A DNA stretch of 64,000 nucleotides, from the NCBI GenBank assembly GCA_018061325.1, contig JAGOUJ010000001.1, forward strand, positions 654 through 64,653. The letters are read 5' to 3'. Made by a program: the position numbers and the translations under genes. Positions 40,685-50,807 of this stretch are shown piece by piece. How positions within the stretch are numbered: the first letter of the stretch is position 1; every line of letters begins with the position of its first letter. Source of the DNA: Gammaproteobacteria bacterium (GTDB lineage Bacteria > Pseudomonadota > Gammaproteobacteria > UBA6186 > Azoamicaceae). A model generated the notes under the pieces. It did no database searches. It saw nothing but the letters and a program-made list of their open reading frames with translations, and had not been told where the DNA came from.

Positions 40685-42235
40685 ATGAGTAAGCAACTCT
40701 TAAAATCTACCGCGGTCGTTAGTTGTATGACTTTTGTGTCGCGTATTCTAGGCTTTATCCGCGATATGGTCGCAGCGCACTATTTTGGGGCAGGATCGGG
40801 TTATGATGCTTTTATTGTAGCCTCCAAAATCCCGAATTTTATGCGTCGCTTATTTGCAGAAGGCGCCTTTGCCCAAGCCTTTGTGCCTTTACTGTCTGAG
40901 TATAAAGCAAAAAAATCTGAAACTGATTTACAACAGTTACTGAATCGTGTATCGGGTTGTTTAAGCATGGTTTTGATAGGTGTTTGCATCGCGGGTATGC
41001 TGTTATCGCCGTTTTTGATCAGACTTTTTGCACCCGGTTTTGCAGAGTCCACCGCAGATGGACGATTTTTATTAGCGTCCGATTTATTAAAAATAACCTT
41101 TCCCTATTTGTTTTTTATTTCCTTAACCGCTTTTTCGGGTGGTATTCTGAATAGCTTTGGCTATTTTGCAGTGCCTGCTTTCACGCCCGTTTTTTTAAAT
41201 ATTGCGATGATTGTTTCAGCTATTTTCGTGGCGCCTTTTTTAGCGCATCCTGTGGGTGCTTTGGCTTGGGGGTTTTTAGCCGGTGGTATCATACAGCTTC
41301 TTTTTCAGTTCCCTTTTCTAAAGGCTATTGGACGTTTGCCAAAGCCTAGTATTAATTGGAAAGATCCGGGTGTGCGGCGTTTACTATGGCTTATGACACC
41401 GGCTTTACTCGGTGTGTCCGTCAATCAATTCAATCTAATGCTCAGTTCTATTTTTGCATCGTTTTTACAGAGTGGCAGTGTATCCTGGTTATATTATGCA
41501 GAGCGCCTGATGGAATTTCCTTTGGGGGGCTTTGGGGTCGCATTAGCAACGGTGGTATTACCGCGTTTATCCTCTTATCATGCCAAAGCAGAGCTGCAGG
41601 CTTTTTCGAAGATGGTTGATTTCGGATTACGGTGGGTGTTGCTTATTGGCCTACCTTCGGCATTGGGTTTAGCGCTGTTATCCGGGCCTTTGCTTACAAC
41701 ATTATTTCAATCCGGACGTTTTACAGCTAGCGATGTGCTTAATAGCCAATCAGCCTTAATCGCCTATGCCCCGGGGATTATAGGTTTTATGCTGCTGAAA
41801 ATTTTTAGTTCGGTCTATTATGCCAAACAGGCTATTAAAACACCGGTGCGTATTGCCATGCTTACGGTGTTGGTAAATACGGTTTTAAGTGCCCTATTGA
41901 TTGGGCCTTTGCAACATATAGGTCTTGCCTTAGCGACTTCGCTTGCAGCTTTATTCAATGCGACTTTCTTAGCTATTTTGTCTTATAAACATCGTTTGTA
42001 TCAACCCCAATTGGGATGGTTATTGTTTTTAGCACGGGTTTTATGTGCATTAGGGGCTATGGGATTGTTTATTGTACAATACAACCCCTCTCAGGATCTG
42101 TGGTTTGAATCCAAAGCCTTGTGGCAGATCCAAAAACTGGCGATGCTGGTTTTTGGAGGCATAGGTACCTATGGAGGGGTTTTATGGCTCTTAGGCTTAA
42201 GGCCAAGGCATTTATTATTAAAGGTGGAAATATAA
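40685..42235 (+). CDS. murJ: Lipid II flippase MurJ (MviN)
   Basis: 516 aa, polytopic. SRILGFIRDMVAAHYFGAG and FAEGAFAQAFVP motifs. Confidence 0.93.
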   Translation: MSKQLLKSTAVVSCMTFVSRILGFIRDMVAAHYFGAGSGYDAFIVASKIPNFMRRLFAEGAFAQAFVPLLSEYKAKKSETDLQQLLNRVSGCLSMVLIGVCIAGMLLSPFLIRLFAPGFAESTADGRFLLASDLLKITFPYLFFISLTAFSGGILNSFGYFAVPAFTPVFLNIAMIVSAIFVAPFLAHPVGALAWGFLAGGIIQLLFQFPFLKAIGRLPKPSINWKDPGVRRLLWLMTPALLGVSVNQFNLMLSSIFASFLQSGSVSWLYYAERLMEFPLGGFGVALATVVLPRLSSYHAKAELQAFSKMVDFGLRWVLLIGLPSALGLALLSGPLLTTLFQSGRFTASDVLNSQSALIAYAPGIIGFMLLKIFSSVYYAKQAIKTPVRIAMLTVLVNTVLSALLIGPLQHIGLALATSLAALFNATFLAILSYKHRLYQPQLGWLLFLARVLCALGAMGLFIVQYNPSQDLWFESKALWQIQKLAMLVFGGIGTYGGVLWLLGLRPRHLLLKVEI

Positions 42236-42239
42236 AAAT

Positions 42240-45089
42240 ATGACAACCGATTATAAACAAACTTTAAATTTGCCCCATACCGACTTTCCCATGAAAGCCA
42301 ATTTGGCTGCCCGTGAACCCACGATCCTTAAACAATGGGAAGAGAATGGTTTAGCTCAGCAGCTCGATACCCATACCGCGGGTGATCCGCGCTTTGTATT
42401 AGCCGATGGTCCGCCCTATGCCAATGGTCCCATTCATATTGGTCATGCGGTGAACAAAATTTTAAAAGATTTTGTACTGAAATCCAAGCGCTTAAGTGGA
42501 TTTTATGCGCCCTATGTGCCTGGCTGGGATTGTCATGGATTACCCATTGAATTACAAGTTGAAAAAAAACAGGGTAAGCCCGGCCCTAACAGCGATAGCA
42601 AAGCCTTTAAAGCTGCCTGCAGAGCCTATGCCATCGAGCAAATTCAAATCCAAAAACAGGCTTTTATACGCTTAGGGGTTTTAGGACGTTGGGACAAGCC
42701 TTATACCACGATGGATTATCAGTACGAAGCCAATACCCTGCGATCGATGGCGAAGGTCATTGAAAAAGGTCATTTGCATCGGGGTTATAAACCCGTGCAT
42801 TGGTGTGTGGATTGTGGATCAGCCTTGGCAGAAGCTGAAGTCGAGTATGAAAATAAAAAATCGATGGCGATTGATGTGGCTTTTACCCTAGCACCCGGCG
42901 CCATTAAAGCACTGCCTGATCACCATAAAGCCCTATGGCTTATCATTTGGACCACAACCCCTTGGACGCTACCGGCGAATGAAGCAGTTACCATTCACCC
43001 TGCTTATGATTATGCGGTGGTATCTGTACCGAATCATCCACAGTATTATTTAGTTGCTAAGCATTTAATTCCTGCCGTCGCTACGCGTTTACAATGGCAT
43101 GATGATGAGATTGTGTGGGAATGTTCGGGGGCAGCCTTAGCGGGCCTTCAGCTTTCTTTAAAACATCCATTGTATGACAAACACGTTCCACTCTTATTAG
43201 GTGATCATGTTACTTTAGATACGGGTACCGGTTGTGTACACACAGCGCCTGCGCATGGCTTGGACGATTATCATGTTTGCATCGCACAGGGTATGACCGT
43301 ACAAAGCTTGGTGGATGCGCGCGGTTGTTTTACAAAAGAAACACCTTTATTGGGTGGTCAATTTGTCTTTAAAGCCAATGATCGTGTGATTGAGCTCTTA
43401 GAAGAACGTGGCCTGTTGCTGTATAAGGCAAGCCTAGAACATAGTTATCCGCATTGTTGGCGTCATCATACACCCCTCATTTTTAGAGCCACGGGTCAGT
43501 GGTTTATTAGCATGGATCAAGCCCATTTGCGGACCAATGCTTTGGCAGTGATTGACGCTGACACTGGTCCTAACACAGTGGAATGGATCCCCGATTGGGG
43601 AAAAGCGCGCATTCGCGGCATGATTGGAGATAGACCCGACTGGTGTATTTCCAGACAACGCACTTGGGGCGTGCCCTTAGCTTTATGGATGCATCGAGAA
43701 ACAGAAGCGATTCATCCACAAACACTGGCATTGATGGAAAAAGTTGCAGCGCGCATAGAACAACAGGGTACCGACGTATGGCCAGAAGGTTGTGCTGATT
43801 TATTATCGGATGCTGAACGTACAGACTATGTACCTTGTACTGATTTATTAGAGGTATGGTTTGACTCAGGGGTCTCGCATGAATGTGTGTTACGCCAAGA
43901 GCCCTCACTAGACTATCCGGCCGATTTGTATTTAGAAGGGTCCGATCAACATCGAGGTTGGTTTCAAACAGCCTTGCTGAGTGCTGTGGCGATGAATGGT
44001 ACAGCACCCTATAAAGCAGTCTTAACCCATGGTTTTGTGGTGGATGCGCAAGGACGAAAAATGTCCAAACATTTGGGCAATGTGGTGTCTCCCGAAGCCG
44101 TCACACAATCCTTAGGGGCGGATATTTTAAGGCTATGGGTGTGCTCGACGGATTATCGGGCCGAGATGGCCATTTCCGACGAAATGCTGCGACAAACCAG
44201 CGATATTTATAGAAGGATCCGTAATACAGCACGGTTTTTATTGTCGAATTTAAACGATTTTGATGTGGAAAAACATGCGGTTAAACCGAGTGAATGTTTA
44301 GCATTGGATCGCTGGATGGTTGGGCGTACGCGAACCCTTCAAAAAGAAATCATCGAAGCTTTTGAAACCTATCAGTTTCATCATGTTTATCAGAAAATAC
44401 ATCATTTTTGCAGTATTGAATTAGGCGGCTTTTATTTGGATGTCATTAAAGATCGCCAATATACTTGTAAAAAAGAGGGTGCTGCCAGACGCTCCGCACA
44501 AACAGCGATGGTTCATATCATAGAGGCTTTGGTGCGATGGATGGCGCCCATTTTAAGTTTTACCGCCGAGGAAATTTGGAGATATTTACCAAATAGAAAG
44601 GAATCTTCCGTTTTTTTAGCCCATTGGTATCAGGGACTTGAAGCCTTTAATCCTCTTCAAAATGACATTGCTTGGCATCATGTTGTAGAGATACGCAATG
44701 TCGTTAACAAACATTTAGAAGAAGCTAGAGAAAACAAGCTCATTGGCTCGAGCTTAGAAGCAGAAGTAGAGCTTTATCTAGATGAAAAGCAAATTTCAGA
44801 CGAAAACTATAAAATTTTGATTGAGTCTCTGAAAAAAATGGGCGATGAATTACGTTTTGTCTTTATTACTTCAGAGGCGAATCTTTACTCCGCTTCATCA
44901 CGTCCTGAGGATGCAGTAGAAACGAGTATCAAAGGTTTATGGATCAAAGTAAAGGCAAGTCCTCACACCAAATGTGAACGTTGTTGGCATAGACGTGAAG
45001 ATGTTAATAAAAACACAGAATATCCGGGTATTTGTGGGCGCTGTGTAGAAAATATTGCAGGCAAAGGGGAGCAACGTTTGTATGCGTAA
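42240..45089 (+). CDS. ileS: Isoleucine--tRNA ligase
   Basis: 949 aa. PYANGPIHIGH (HIGH) and KMSKHLGN (KMSKS) motifs. C-terminal CxxC...CxxC zinc motif. Confidence 0.98.
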   Translation: MTTDYKQTLNLPHTDFPMKANLAAREPTILKQWEENGLAQQLDTHTAGDPRFVLADGPPYANGPIHIGHAVNKILKDFVLKSKRLSGFYAPYVPGWDCHGLPIELQVEKKQGKPGPNSDSKAFKAACRAYAIEQIQIQKQAFIRLGVLGRWDKPYTTMDYQYEANTLRSMAKVIEKGHLHRGYKPVHWCVDCGSALAEAEVEYENKKSMAIDVAFTLAPGAIKALPDHHKALWLIIWTTTPWTLPANEAVTIHPAYDYAVVSVPNHPQYYLVAKHLIPAVATRLQWHDDEIVWECSGAALAGLQLSLKHPLYDKHVPLLLGDHVTLDTGTGCVHTAPAHGLDDYHVCIAQGMTVQSLVDARGCFTKETPLLGGQFVFKANDRVIELLEERGLLLYKASLEHSYPHCWRHHTPLIFRATGQWFISMDQAHLRTNALAVIDADTGPNTVEWIPDWGKARIRGMIGDRPDWCISRQRTWGVPLALWMHRETEAIHPQTLALMEKVAARIEQQGTDVWPEGCADLLSDAERTDYVPCTDLLEVWFDSGVSHECVLRQEPSLDYPADLYLEGSDQHRGWFQTALLSAVAMNGTAPYKAVLTHGFVVDAQGRKMSKHLGNVVSPEAVTQSLGADILRLWVCSTDYRAEMAISDEMLRQTSDIYRRIRNTARFLLSNLNDFDVEKHAVKPSECLALDRWMVGRTRTLQKEIIEAFETYQFHHVYQKIHHFCSIELGGFYLDVIKDRQYTCKKEGAARRSAQTAMVHIIEALVRWMAPILSFTAEEIWRYLPNRKESSVFLAHWYQGLEAFNPLQNDIAWHHVVEIRNVVNKHLEEARENKLIGSSLEAEVELYLDEKQISDENYKILIESLKKMGDELRFVFITSEANLYSASSRPEDAVETSIKGLWIKVKASPHTKCERCWHRREDVNKNTEYPGICGRCVENIAGKGEQRLYA

Positions 45090-45612
45090 TGATACAGGAT
45101 TCAAATCCCCTCTCCCGCTTAGCGGGGGAGGGTTAGGGTGGGGGTTAAGACCCTACGGTCTTATACTTGCCTGCTGTGTGATCATCATTGATCAGATCAC
45201 TAAGTACTGGAGCACACTTTATTTAAGCGCTGAACATGTCAGCGTGTTCAAAGGGTTTGATCTGGTCTTAAGCCATAATCCGGGTGCAGCTTTTAGTTTT
45301 TTAGCAGGGGCTTCGGGGTGGCAACGTTGGTTTTTTAGTGCGTTGGCTGTGGGCATGAGTCTTGCCATTTACCGTTGGTTGGGTCGTTTAAAGCCTCATG
45401 AAAAACAAGAGGCCTTAGCGTTGTCTTTGGTTTTAGGCGGCGCTCTCGGTAATCTGATGGATCGTCTATGCTATGGGCATGTCATTGATTTTATTTTGCT
45501 TTACTATCAACAGTGGTCTTGGCCTGCGTTTAATGTGGCTGATGCTGCGATTTCACTGGGGATGATCCTATGGATTCCCTTGTGTTTTAAGAACCCCAAC
45601 AAGTGCTGCTAG
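45082..45612 (+). CDS. lspA: Lipoprotein signal peptidase (signal peptidase II)
   Basis: IIIDQITKYW, NPGAAFSF and FNVADAAI motifs. The start overlaps the ileS stop. The N-terminal tail is encoded by a REP-like element. Confidence 0.9.
   Translation: MRNDTGFKSPLPLSGGGLGWGLRPYGLILACCVIIIDQITKYWSTLYLSAEHVSVFKGFDLVLSHNPGAAFSFLAGASGWQRWFFSALAVGMSLAIYRWLGRLKPHEKQEALALSLVLGGALGNLMDRLCYGHVIDFILLYYQQWSWPAFNVADAAISLGMILWIPLCFKNPNKCC
45107..45144. repeat. REP-like element, copy 3, inside the lspA 5' coding region
   Basis: CCCCTCTCCCGC-TTA-GCGGGGGAGGG followed by TTAGGGTGGGGG. It shares the GGGTTAGGGTGGGG tail with copy 5. Confidence 0.7.
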
Positions 45613-45967
45613 GTCCTTGATTGCCTAGATTATCTAAGGTTATGGTTGGGCAGTCCGTATCATCGGCTTGATTACCGGTGGGCCTTGCTGTGATGGTATA
45701 GGTTGTTGCCGTGTTATTCACGCTATAACTATAGTTTGGAGTGGATGCGGCGGCTGGTATAGCCGGTAATGCGCCTGCGGGATAGCTGTTATATTGTGAA
45801 TAGTAGCTCTCGTAAACCGACTGTATGCTAAGAATTTGCGTACGCGCTTCTGCGCGGTTGGTCTTTAAGATATTGGCTCTATAACTTCCAACACTGAGCG
45901 TGGAGAGCACACCAATCACGGAGATGGTTATCATCAGCTCAATCAGTGAAAAACCCTGCGCCTTCAT
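45587..45967 (-). CDS. Type IV pilin-like protein (PilE-like)
   Basis: Prepilin leader MKAQG|FSLIELMITISVIGVLS with Glu+5. 126 aa. The 3' end overlaps the lspA 3' end by 26 nt, convergently. Confidence 0.85.
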   Translation of the reverse strand: MKAQGFSLIELMITISVIGVLSTLSVGSYRANILKTNRAEARTQILSIQSVYESYYSQYNSYPAGALPAIPAAASTPNYSYSVNNTATTYTITARPTGNQADDTDCPTITLDNLGNQGPSSTCWGS

Positions 45968-46371
45968 AAAGCATTCCAGCATTCTTGGGGCTTTTTATTA
46001 TTGATGTTATCGATGCTTAAGATCTTACAAGCGATAGATCCTTGTGTATCAGAAAACTGGGGAGAGGCAGCAGGGGCTGTTGCGGTTAGGGTGTAAGCGG
46101 TCGCTGCACTATCAACGCTATAGGTATAATAGATTGTATTGCTGGGCAAAGCAGGTGGAGAAATGATATAGGTGTTGTTTTGCGCGTAGTATAGCTCGTA
46201 GGCTCTTTGGGTGGCTAGCAGGGCATTAATGGCTTCAGATCGCCTAGATTTTTTAACATGGGTTGAGTAGTTAGGTATCGCTACGGCAGAAAGTGTGGCG
46301 GTAATCGCTACTACAATCATCAGTTCGATGAGCGAGAAAGCTTGTTGTTTTCCGATCTTTTGCTTGCACAT
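45964..46371 (-). CDS. Type IV pilin-like protein (PilE-like) with Ala at the -1 cleavage position
   Basis: Leader MCKQKIGKQQA|FSLIELMIVVAITATLSAVAIPNY. 135 aa. Confidence 0.82.
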   Translation of the reverse strand: MCKQKIGKQQAFSLIELMIVVAITATLSAVAIPNYSTHVKKSRRSEAINALLATQRAYELYYAQNNTYIISPPALPSNTIYYTYSVDSAATAYTLTATAPAASPQFSDTQGSIACKILSIDNINNKKPQECWNAL

Positions 46372-46409
46372 AGTGTGAGTATAGTCCGTTTTTAGGGGTG
46401 GGCCCATTT

Positions 46410-46937
46410 TTAAGGACATGTGACAATGCTCTTGGTCATTTGTCCATCGGGTGGAATCGTAATGGCATAGCCACTGGTACAGCCTGTGGGTTTAATATTA
46501 AAGGTATAAGTGCTTGTGGATACAGGTGAGGTCATGCCATTGCCAGTGAAGATAAGATAATTTTGTGCGCCCCCCGAAATACTAATCCCCTGATTGGTGA
46601 CAGCGGTGAGCGTTGAATTAAATTGAAAATTGCGTTTAACAGTGTTTGTTGTGGCAGACACCACAGACCAACCCTTTTGCCAGGTGCTTGTGTTATCGCA
46701 GGTGGAAGCACCCAGCGCCGTTGGTTGACAAATGGTGACAGTGTTATTTTCCATTATTGCTAAACTTCTGGCATAGCGTAGATCGGACATCAATTGATTG
46801 GCATAGGTTGAAGCACGACTATTGGCCATGAGCGTGCTGTAATTAGGGATGGCAATGCTGGCTAAAACACCTGCAATCGCAATGGTAATAAGCAACTCGA
46901 TGAGTGAGAAACCCTGTGTTTGTTGAGTATTTTCCAT
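46410..46937 (-). CDS. GspH/FimT/FimU-family minor pilin
   Basis: Leader MENTQQTQG|FSLIELLITIAIAGVLASIAIPNY. GspH-type region LMSDLRYARSLAI. Confidence 0.82.
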   Translation of the reverse strand: MENTQQTQGFSLIELLITIAIAGVLASIAIPNYSTLMANSRASTYANQLMSDLRYARSLAIMENNTVTICQPTALGASTCDNTSTWQKGWSVVSATTNTVKRNFQFNSTLTAVTNQGISISGGAQNYLIFTGNGMTSPVSTSTYTFNIKPTGCTSGYAITIPPDGQMTKSIVTCP

Positions 46938-46944
46938 GATGATC

Positions 46945-47508
46945 CTATCGGCACTGAATCGGTGTTTCTTGAGGGGTTCCAACATGTTTTAAAAGAACTC
47001 CGTGTATATTCCTATGGCTCAGTGCATAGAGACGCGAAGCCTTACTAATGACCAAAGCTTCAGCTTCTAGGCGATTAGCATCCAAGGGACAATAGATAAA
47101 AGTGCCATTGCTTTCATTGTGCCCATCAGGCTTTATCTGTAAATGTGTAGAAAATTGGGCAAAAACAAGCGTGCCATAACGTGTGCCTGCAAAAACACGT
47201 ATCACGGTGGGGATAGGCAGCGGGCTTTGATTCGAGGGGTTTGCGATCAGAATAAAGCCCCGACTCCAGTCTTGGTAGGGATGACAGGTTCGTCGATCAT
47301 AGCTGCCGCACAGTGTAAGGGTTGTGTTGCGTGCAAAAGCTTGTTGTTTGGCTAAGGCAATGGCAGCATGGATCCTTTCCATCATCATACGGCGCTCAGT
47401 ACGCATCAATAAATGATGAAAACTAGGCAAGGCCATGCCCAGCACGATCCCTACCAAGGCTAAGCAAGCACCTAGTTCAATGATTGAAAAACCCTTGTTT
47501 GTAGTCAT
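46945..47508 (-). CDS. GspH/FimT-family minor pilin
   Basis: Leader MTTNKG|FSIIELGACLALVG. GspH-type region IHAAIALAKQQAFARN. Confidence 0.8.
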   Translation of the reverse strand: MTTNKGFSIIELGACLALVGIVLGMALPSFHHLLMRTERRMMMERIHAAIALAKQQAFARNTTLTLCGSYDRRTCHPYQDWSRGFILIANPSNQSPLPIPTVIRVFAGTRYGTLVFAQFSTHLQIKPDGHNESNGTFIYCPLDANRLEAEALVISKASRLYALSHRNIHGVLLKHVGTPQETPIQCR

Positions 47509-47567
47509 GCTTAGAAAATGCTACTATTTGCACATCCTGGCAATCCGTTTTTAAACTGTGAGTTTTT

Positions 47568-48002
47568 ATGAAAGCTAAGTTACCAATGCTTGCTATGGCC
47601 TGCCTGCTGTTATCTGCCTGTACCGGGCTCAGTGCCAATCGTTATTTAGGTAATAAACATTTGTTTATGGTGGGTCGCGGCGATCCCACAGCCTATGCAG
47701 ATGGTTATGTCGATGGTTGTGCAGTGGGTCGTCGTTTGGCAGGTGATAAGCGTTTTAGTTACCGTCAGGATAGTCTACGTTTTGAGAAAGACGCGCTTTA
47801 TGCACGTGGATGGCAGGAAGGTCAGATTAATTGTCGTAATGAAGTCTTGGCAGAGGGTTTTGAAATCGCACCCAAAAAAGTTCAGCCATCGCTGTCATCT
47901 CATCCAAATGTGCACCAGGATGCTCCCTTGTCTCCTCAGCATGCTGAACAACGTGCTGTTGAAGCAGAAATGCGTGAGATTTGGGAAGAGCTTAAAAAAT
48001 AA
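47568..48002 (+). CDS. Hypothetical lipoprotein
   Basis: 144 aa. Lipobox LLLSAC. Confidence 0.6.
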   Translation: MKAKLPMLAMACLLLSACTGLSANRYLGNKHLFMVGRGDPTAYADGYVDGCAVGRRLAGDKRFSYRQDSLRFEKDALYARGWQEGQINCRNEVLAEGFEIAPKKVQPSLSSHPNVHQDAPLSPQHAEQRAVEAEMREIWEELKK

Positions 48003-48023
48003 TCATCGCGACGGGATCTTAAG

Positions 48024-48383
48024 ATGCCTATTTACGAATATTGTTGTGAACACTGTCATCATCAGAAGGAAGCTTTACAAGGGATTAACGATCCACCTTT
48101 GTTGCACTGTGAACAGTGTCAGCACGATAGTCTCAAACGTCTACTCTCTGCTTCTGGCTTTCGTTTAAAAGGAGGCGGTTGGTATGAGACTGATTTTAAA
48201 ACAGCAGCCGATAAGCAGAAAAATCTAGTGGGTACACCCGCTGTAGCATCCAATACTTCAAACACTGCGACACCACCGGTTGCAGCCGAGGGTGCCTCAC
48301 AGGATGCAAAGCCTACTGTAAAAACAGAGAGCAAAACCACCGAAAGCAAAACGGTGGTTGATAAATCTTCTACCACGGAATAA
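48024..48383 (+). CDS. FmdB-family zinc-ribbon protein
   Basis: MPIYEYCCEHCHH...CEQCQH double CxxC, followed by GGGWYETDF. Commonly found upstream of aspS. Confidence 0.82.
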   Translation: MPIYEYCCEHCHHQKEALQGINDPPLLHCEQCQHDSLKRLLSASGFRLKGGGWYETDFKTAADKQKNLVGTPAVASNTSNTATPPVAAEGASQDAKPTVKTESKTTESKTVVDKSSTTE

Positions 48384-48405
48384 TATTTAAGAGCGAGATT
48401 GTTTT

Positions 48406-50181
48406 ATGCGTACACATTATTGTGGAGAGTTAAAAGAAAGCGAACTTGGAAAAACCGTTCGACTGTGCGGATGGGTACATTACCGTCGCGATCTGGGTGG
48501 ACTTATTTTCTTAGAACTACGTGATCGCAGCGGCTTTATGCAAGTGGTTTTTTCACCGCAAGTCCAAACGCCGGAACTTTTTGCCTTGGCCGAAAGCCTA
48601 CGTAAAGAATATGTGTTGTGTGTGGCTGGGATAGTACGTTTAAGGCCATCCGGTACGGAAAATACCCACTGTTCAACGGGGACCTTAGAGATTTATGCAG
48701 ACGAAGTTGAAGTGCTTAACCCCGCACAAGCCCTGTCTTTTTACCCTGATGATCACCAAAGTATTTCAGAAGAATTAAGGCTGCAATACCGCTATGTGGA
48801 TTTGCGTCGTCCAGAGGCTTTTGGGCGTTTGGCATTTAGAAGCAAAGCCGTCGGGTTGATGCGACGTTTTTTGGATGAAGCAGGTTTTTTAGATATTGAA
48901 ACCCCTATTTTAACCAAGTCTACCCCTGAGGGCGCACGAGATTATTTGGTACCCAGTCGTACCCATCCCGGTAGTTTTTTTGCCTTACCTCAATCACCCC
49001 AATTGTTTAAGCAATTGCTGATGGTGGCAGGGATCGATCGTTATTATCAAATCGCCCGCTGTTTTAGAGATGAGGGTTTGCGTTCTGATAGGCAGCCCGA
49101 ATTTACGCAATTAGATTTAGAAACCTCTTTTATGAATGAATCCCAGATTATGGATCTGGTAGAAACCTTGATTCGAAAATTATTTTCAGAATTATTAGAT
49201 GTTTCATTACCCGATCCTTTTCCACGCATGTCTTATGAAGAGGCTATAGAATGTTTTGGCGTGGATAGACCCGATTTGCGTAATCCTTTGCGTTTAATCG
49301 AAGTGGCCGATCTTCTAAAGTCGGTAGATTTCCAAGTATTTAGTACGCCCGCCAACGATGCTGATAGCCGCGTGGCAGTATTGTGTGTGCCTCAGGGAGG
49401 CACTCGTTTAACGCGCAAAGCCATCGATACTTATACAGAATTTGTAGGGCGTTATGGGGCTAAGGGTTTGGCCTACATCAAGGTTAACGATCGTGCTTTA
49501 GGGATGGAAGGCTTACAATCGCCTATTCTAAAATTTTTACCAGAAGCAGTGGTACAAGCGATCTTAGAACGCACGCACGCTAAGACGGGCGATCTATTAT
49601 TTTTTGGAGCAGACAAACGCAGTGTCGTAAACGATGCTTTATCGGCTTTAAGGCATCAAATAGCCCTCGATCTAGAACTGTTAGAAGGCATCTGGAAACC
49701 CTTATGGGTGGTAGATTTCCCTATGTTTGAATACGATGCTAAGCAATCACGTTGGCAAGCCGTTCATCATCCTTTTACAGCACCAAAAATCTCGGATCTA
49801 CAAGTCATGATTGCCAATCCTGGCGCTTGTAAGGCACGGGCTTATGATATTGTGCTCAATGGTATTGAATTGGGTGGTGGTTCTATCCGTATTCATCGTT
49901 CTGAAATGCAAGCGGCTGTGTTTAAGCTTTTAGGGATTACACAAGAAGAAGCCACGCAGCAATTTGGTTTTCTTCTAGAGGCCTTGCAATCCGGTTCTCC
50001 ACCGCATGGTGGTTTAGCCATTGGGATCGATCGTTTGATCATGCTCATGACAGGTTCTTCTTCGATTCGAGAAGTGATAGCTTTTCCGAAAAGCCAAACA
50101 GCTACTTGTCCTCTCACCAGTGCGCCTTCCTCCGTGAGTGCAGAGCAGCTTAAAGAACTGAAGATTAAATCAATCGTTTAG
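48406..50181 (+). CDS. aspS: Aspartate--tRNA ligase
   Basis: 591 aa. [10 protein letters not shown]-terminus. Class II motifs FRDE and [10 protein letters not shown]. Confidence 0.97.
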   Translation: MRTHYCGELKESELGKTVRLCGWVHYRRDLGGLIFLELRDRSGFMQVVFSPQVQTPELFALAESLRKEYVLCVAGIVRLRPSGTENTHCSTGTLEIYADEVEVLNPAQALSFYPDDHQSISEELRLQYRYVDLRRPEAFGRLAFRSKAVGLMRRFLDEAGFLDIETPILTKSTPEGARDYLVPSRTHPGSFFALPQSPQLFKQLLMVAGIDRYYQIARCFRDEGLRSDRQPEFTQLDLETSFMNESQIMDLVETLIRKLFSELLDVSLPDPFPRMSYEEAIECFGVDRPDLRNPLRLIEVADLLKSVDFQVFSTPANDADSRVAVLCVPQGGTRLTRKAIDTYTEFVGRYGAKGLAYIKVNDRALGMEGLQSPILKFLPEAVVQAILERTHAKTGDLLFFGADKRSVVNDALSALRHQIALDLELLEGIWKPLWVVDFPMFEYDAKQSRWQAVHHPFTAPKISDLQVMIANPGACKARAYDIVLNGIELGGGSIRIHRSEMQAAVFKLLGITQEEATQQFGFLLEALQSGSPPHGGLAIGIDRLIMLMTGSSSIREVIAFPKSQTATCPLTSAPSSVSAEQLKELKIKSIV

Positions 50182-50232
50182 TCTTTGCCCGTCTCGCACA
50201 TTCTTGCGATCCGCACTCGCAGCGGAGCAGGA

Positions 50233-50255
50233 CCCTCTCCCCACAGGGGAGAGGG
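50233..50255. repeat. REP-like C-rich/G-rich palindromic element, copy 4
   Basis: CCCTCTCCCC-ACA-GGGGAGAGGG (perfect 10-bp stem) between the convergent aspS and gcvR genes. Confidence 0.7.
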
Positions 50256-50270
50256 CTTTGAAAAGGGTGA

Positions 50271-50807
50271 TTAATTCCTCGCAGGATCTAAAAAGCCCTC
50301 AAAATTATGATTGTCACAATAATTCATAAAAGCATCTCGTAGTGTGGCTAAATGTACCGTCGTAGGCAGATGAATTTTAAGTTGTATATTAAGCATGGTC
50401 GTGCCTGTGCTATTAGGATAAGTATGGGCCGAGGCTTCTTCAATGATAGCCGCCTCTTTTTGAAATAAGTCAAGTAACTCATTTAATAATCCACTGCGAT
50501 CGACGGCTATCACTTGTACCGTGTAAGTCATTAAAGGATGGGTGGAAGGGAGTTCTTGGGTTCTACGACTTTGGATAGTAAGAGACAAGCGTTGTTCAAG
50601 GGCTGGCAGGGCTGCTTCGAGTTTTGCAATGGCACCCCAATTCCCTGCAAGAAAAAAGAAAGCCGCTACATCTTGGCCTAATACGTTGATTTTGGCATGT
50701 AAAAGATTACAACCATACTGGGCATAAGAGCGTGATAGTTCACTTAAAATACCTGTACGGTTTGTCCCCAGCACAGATACAATGAGGTAATTGTAAACCG
50801 ATACCAT
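50271..50807 (-). CDS. gcvR: Glycine cleavage system transcriptional repressor GcvR (tandem ACT domains)
   Basis: YLIVSVLGTNRTGILSEL ACT motif. Divergent from dapA, as in E. coli. Confidence 0.8.
   Translation of the reverse strand: MVSVYNYLIVSVLGTNRTGILSELSRSYAQYGCNLLHAKINVLGQDVAAFFFLAGNWGAIAKLEAALPALEQRLSLTIQSRRTQELPSTHPLMTYTVQVIAVDRSGLLNELLDLFQKEAAIIEEASAHTYPNSTGTTMLNIQLKIHLPTTVHLATLRDAFMNYCDNHNFEGFLDPARN

Noticed and set aside
47695-48168. 157-aa ORF spanning the lipoprotein gene and the FmdB-like gene
   Set aside because: It is out of frame with two better-supported genes (a lipobox protein and a CxxC zinc ribbon) and crosses their intergenic gap.
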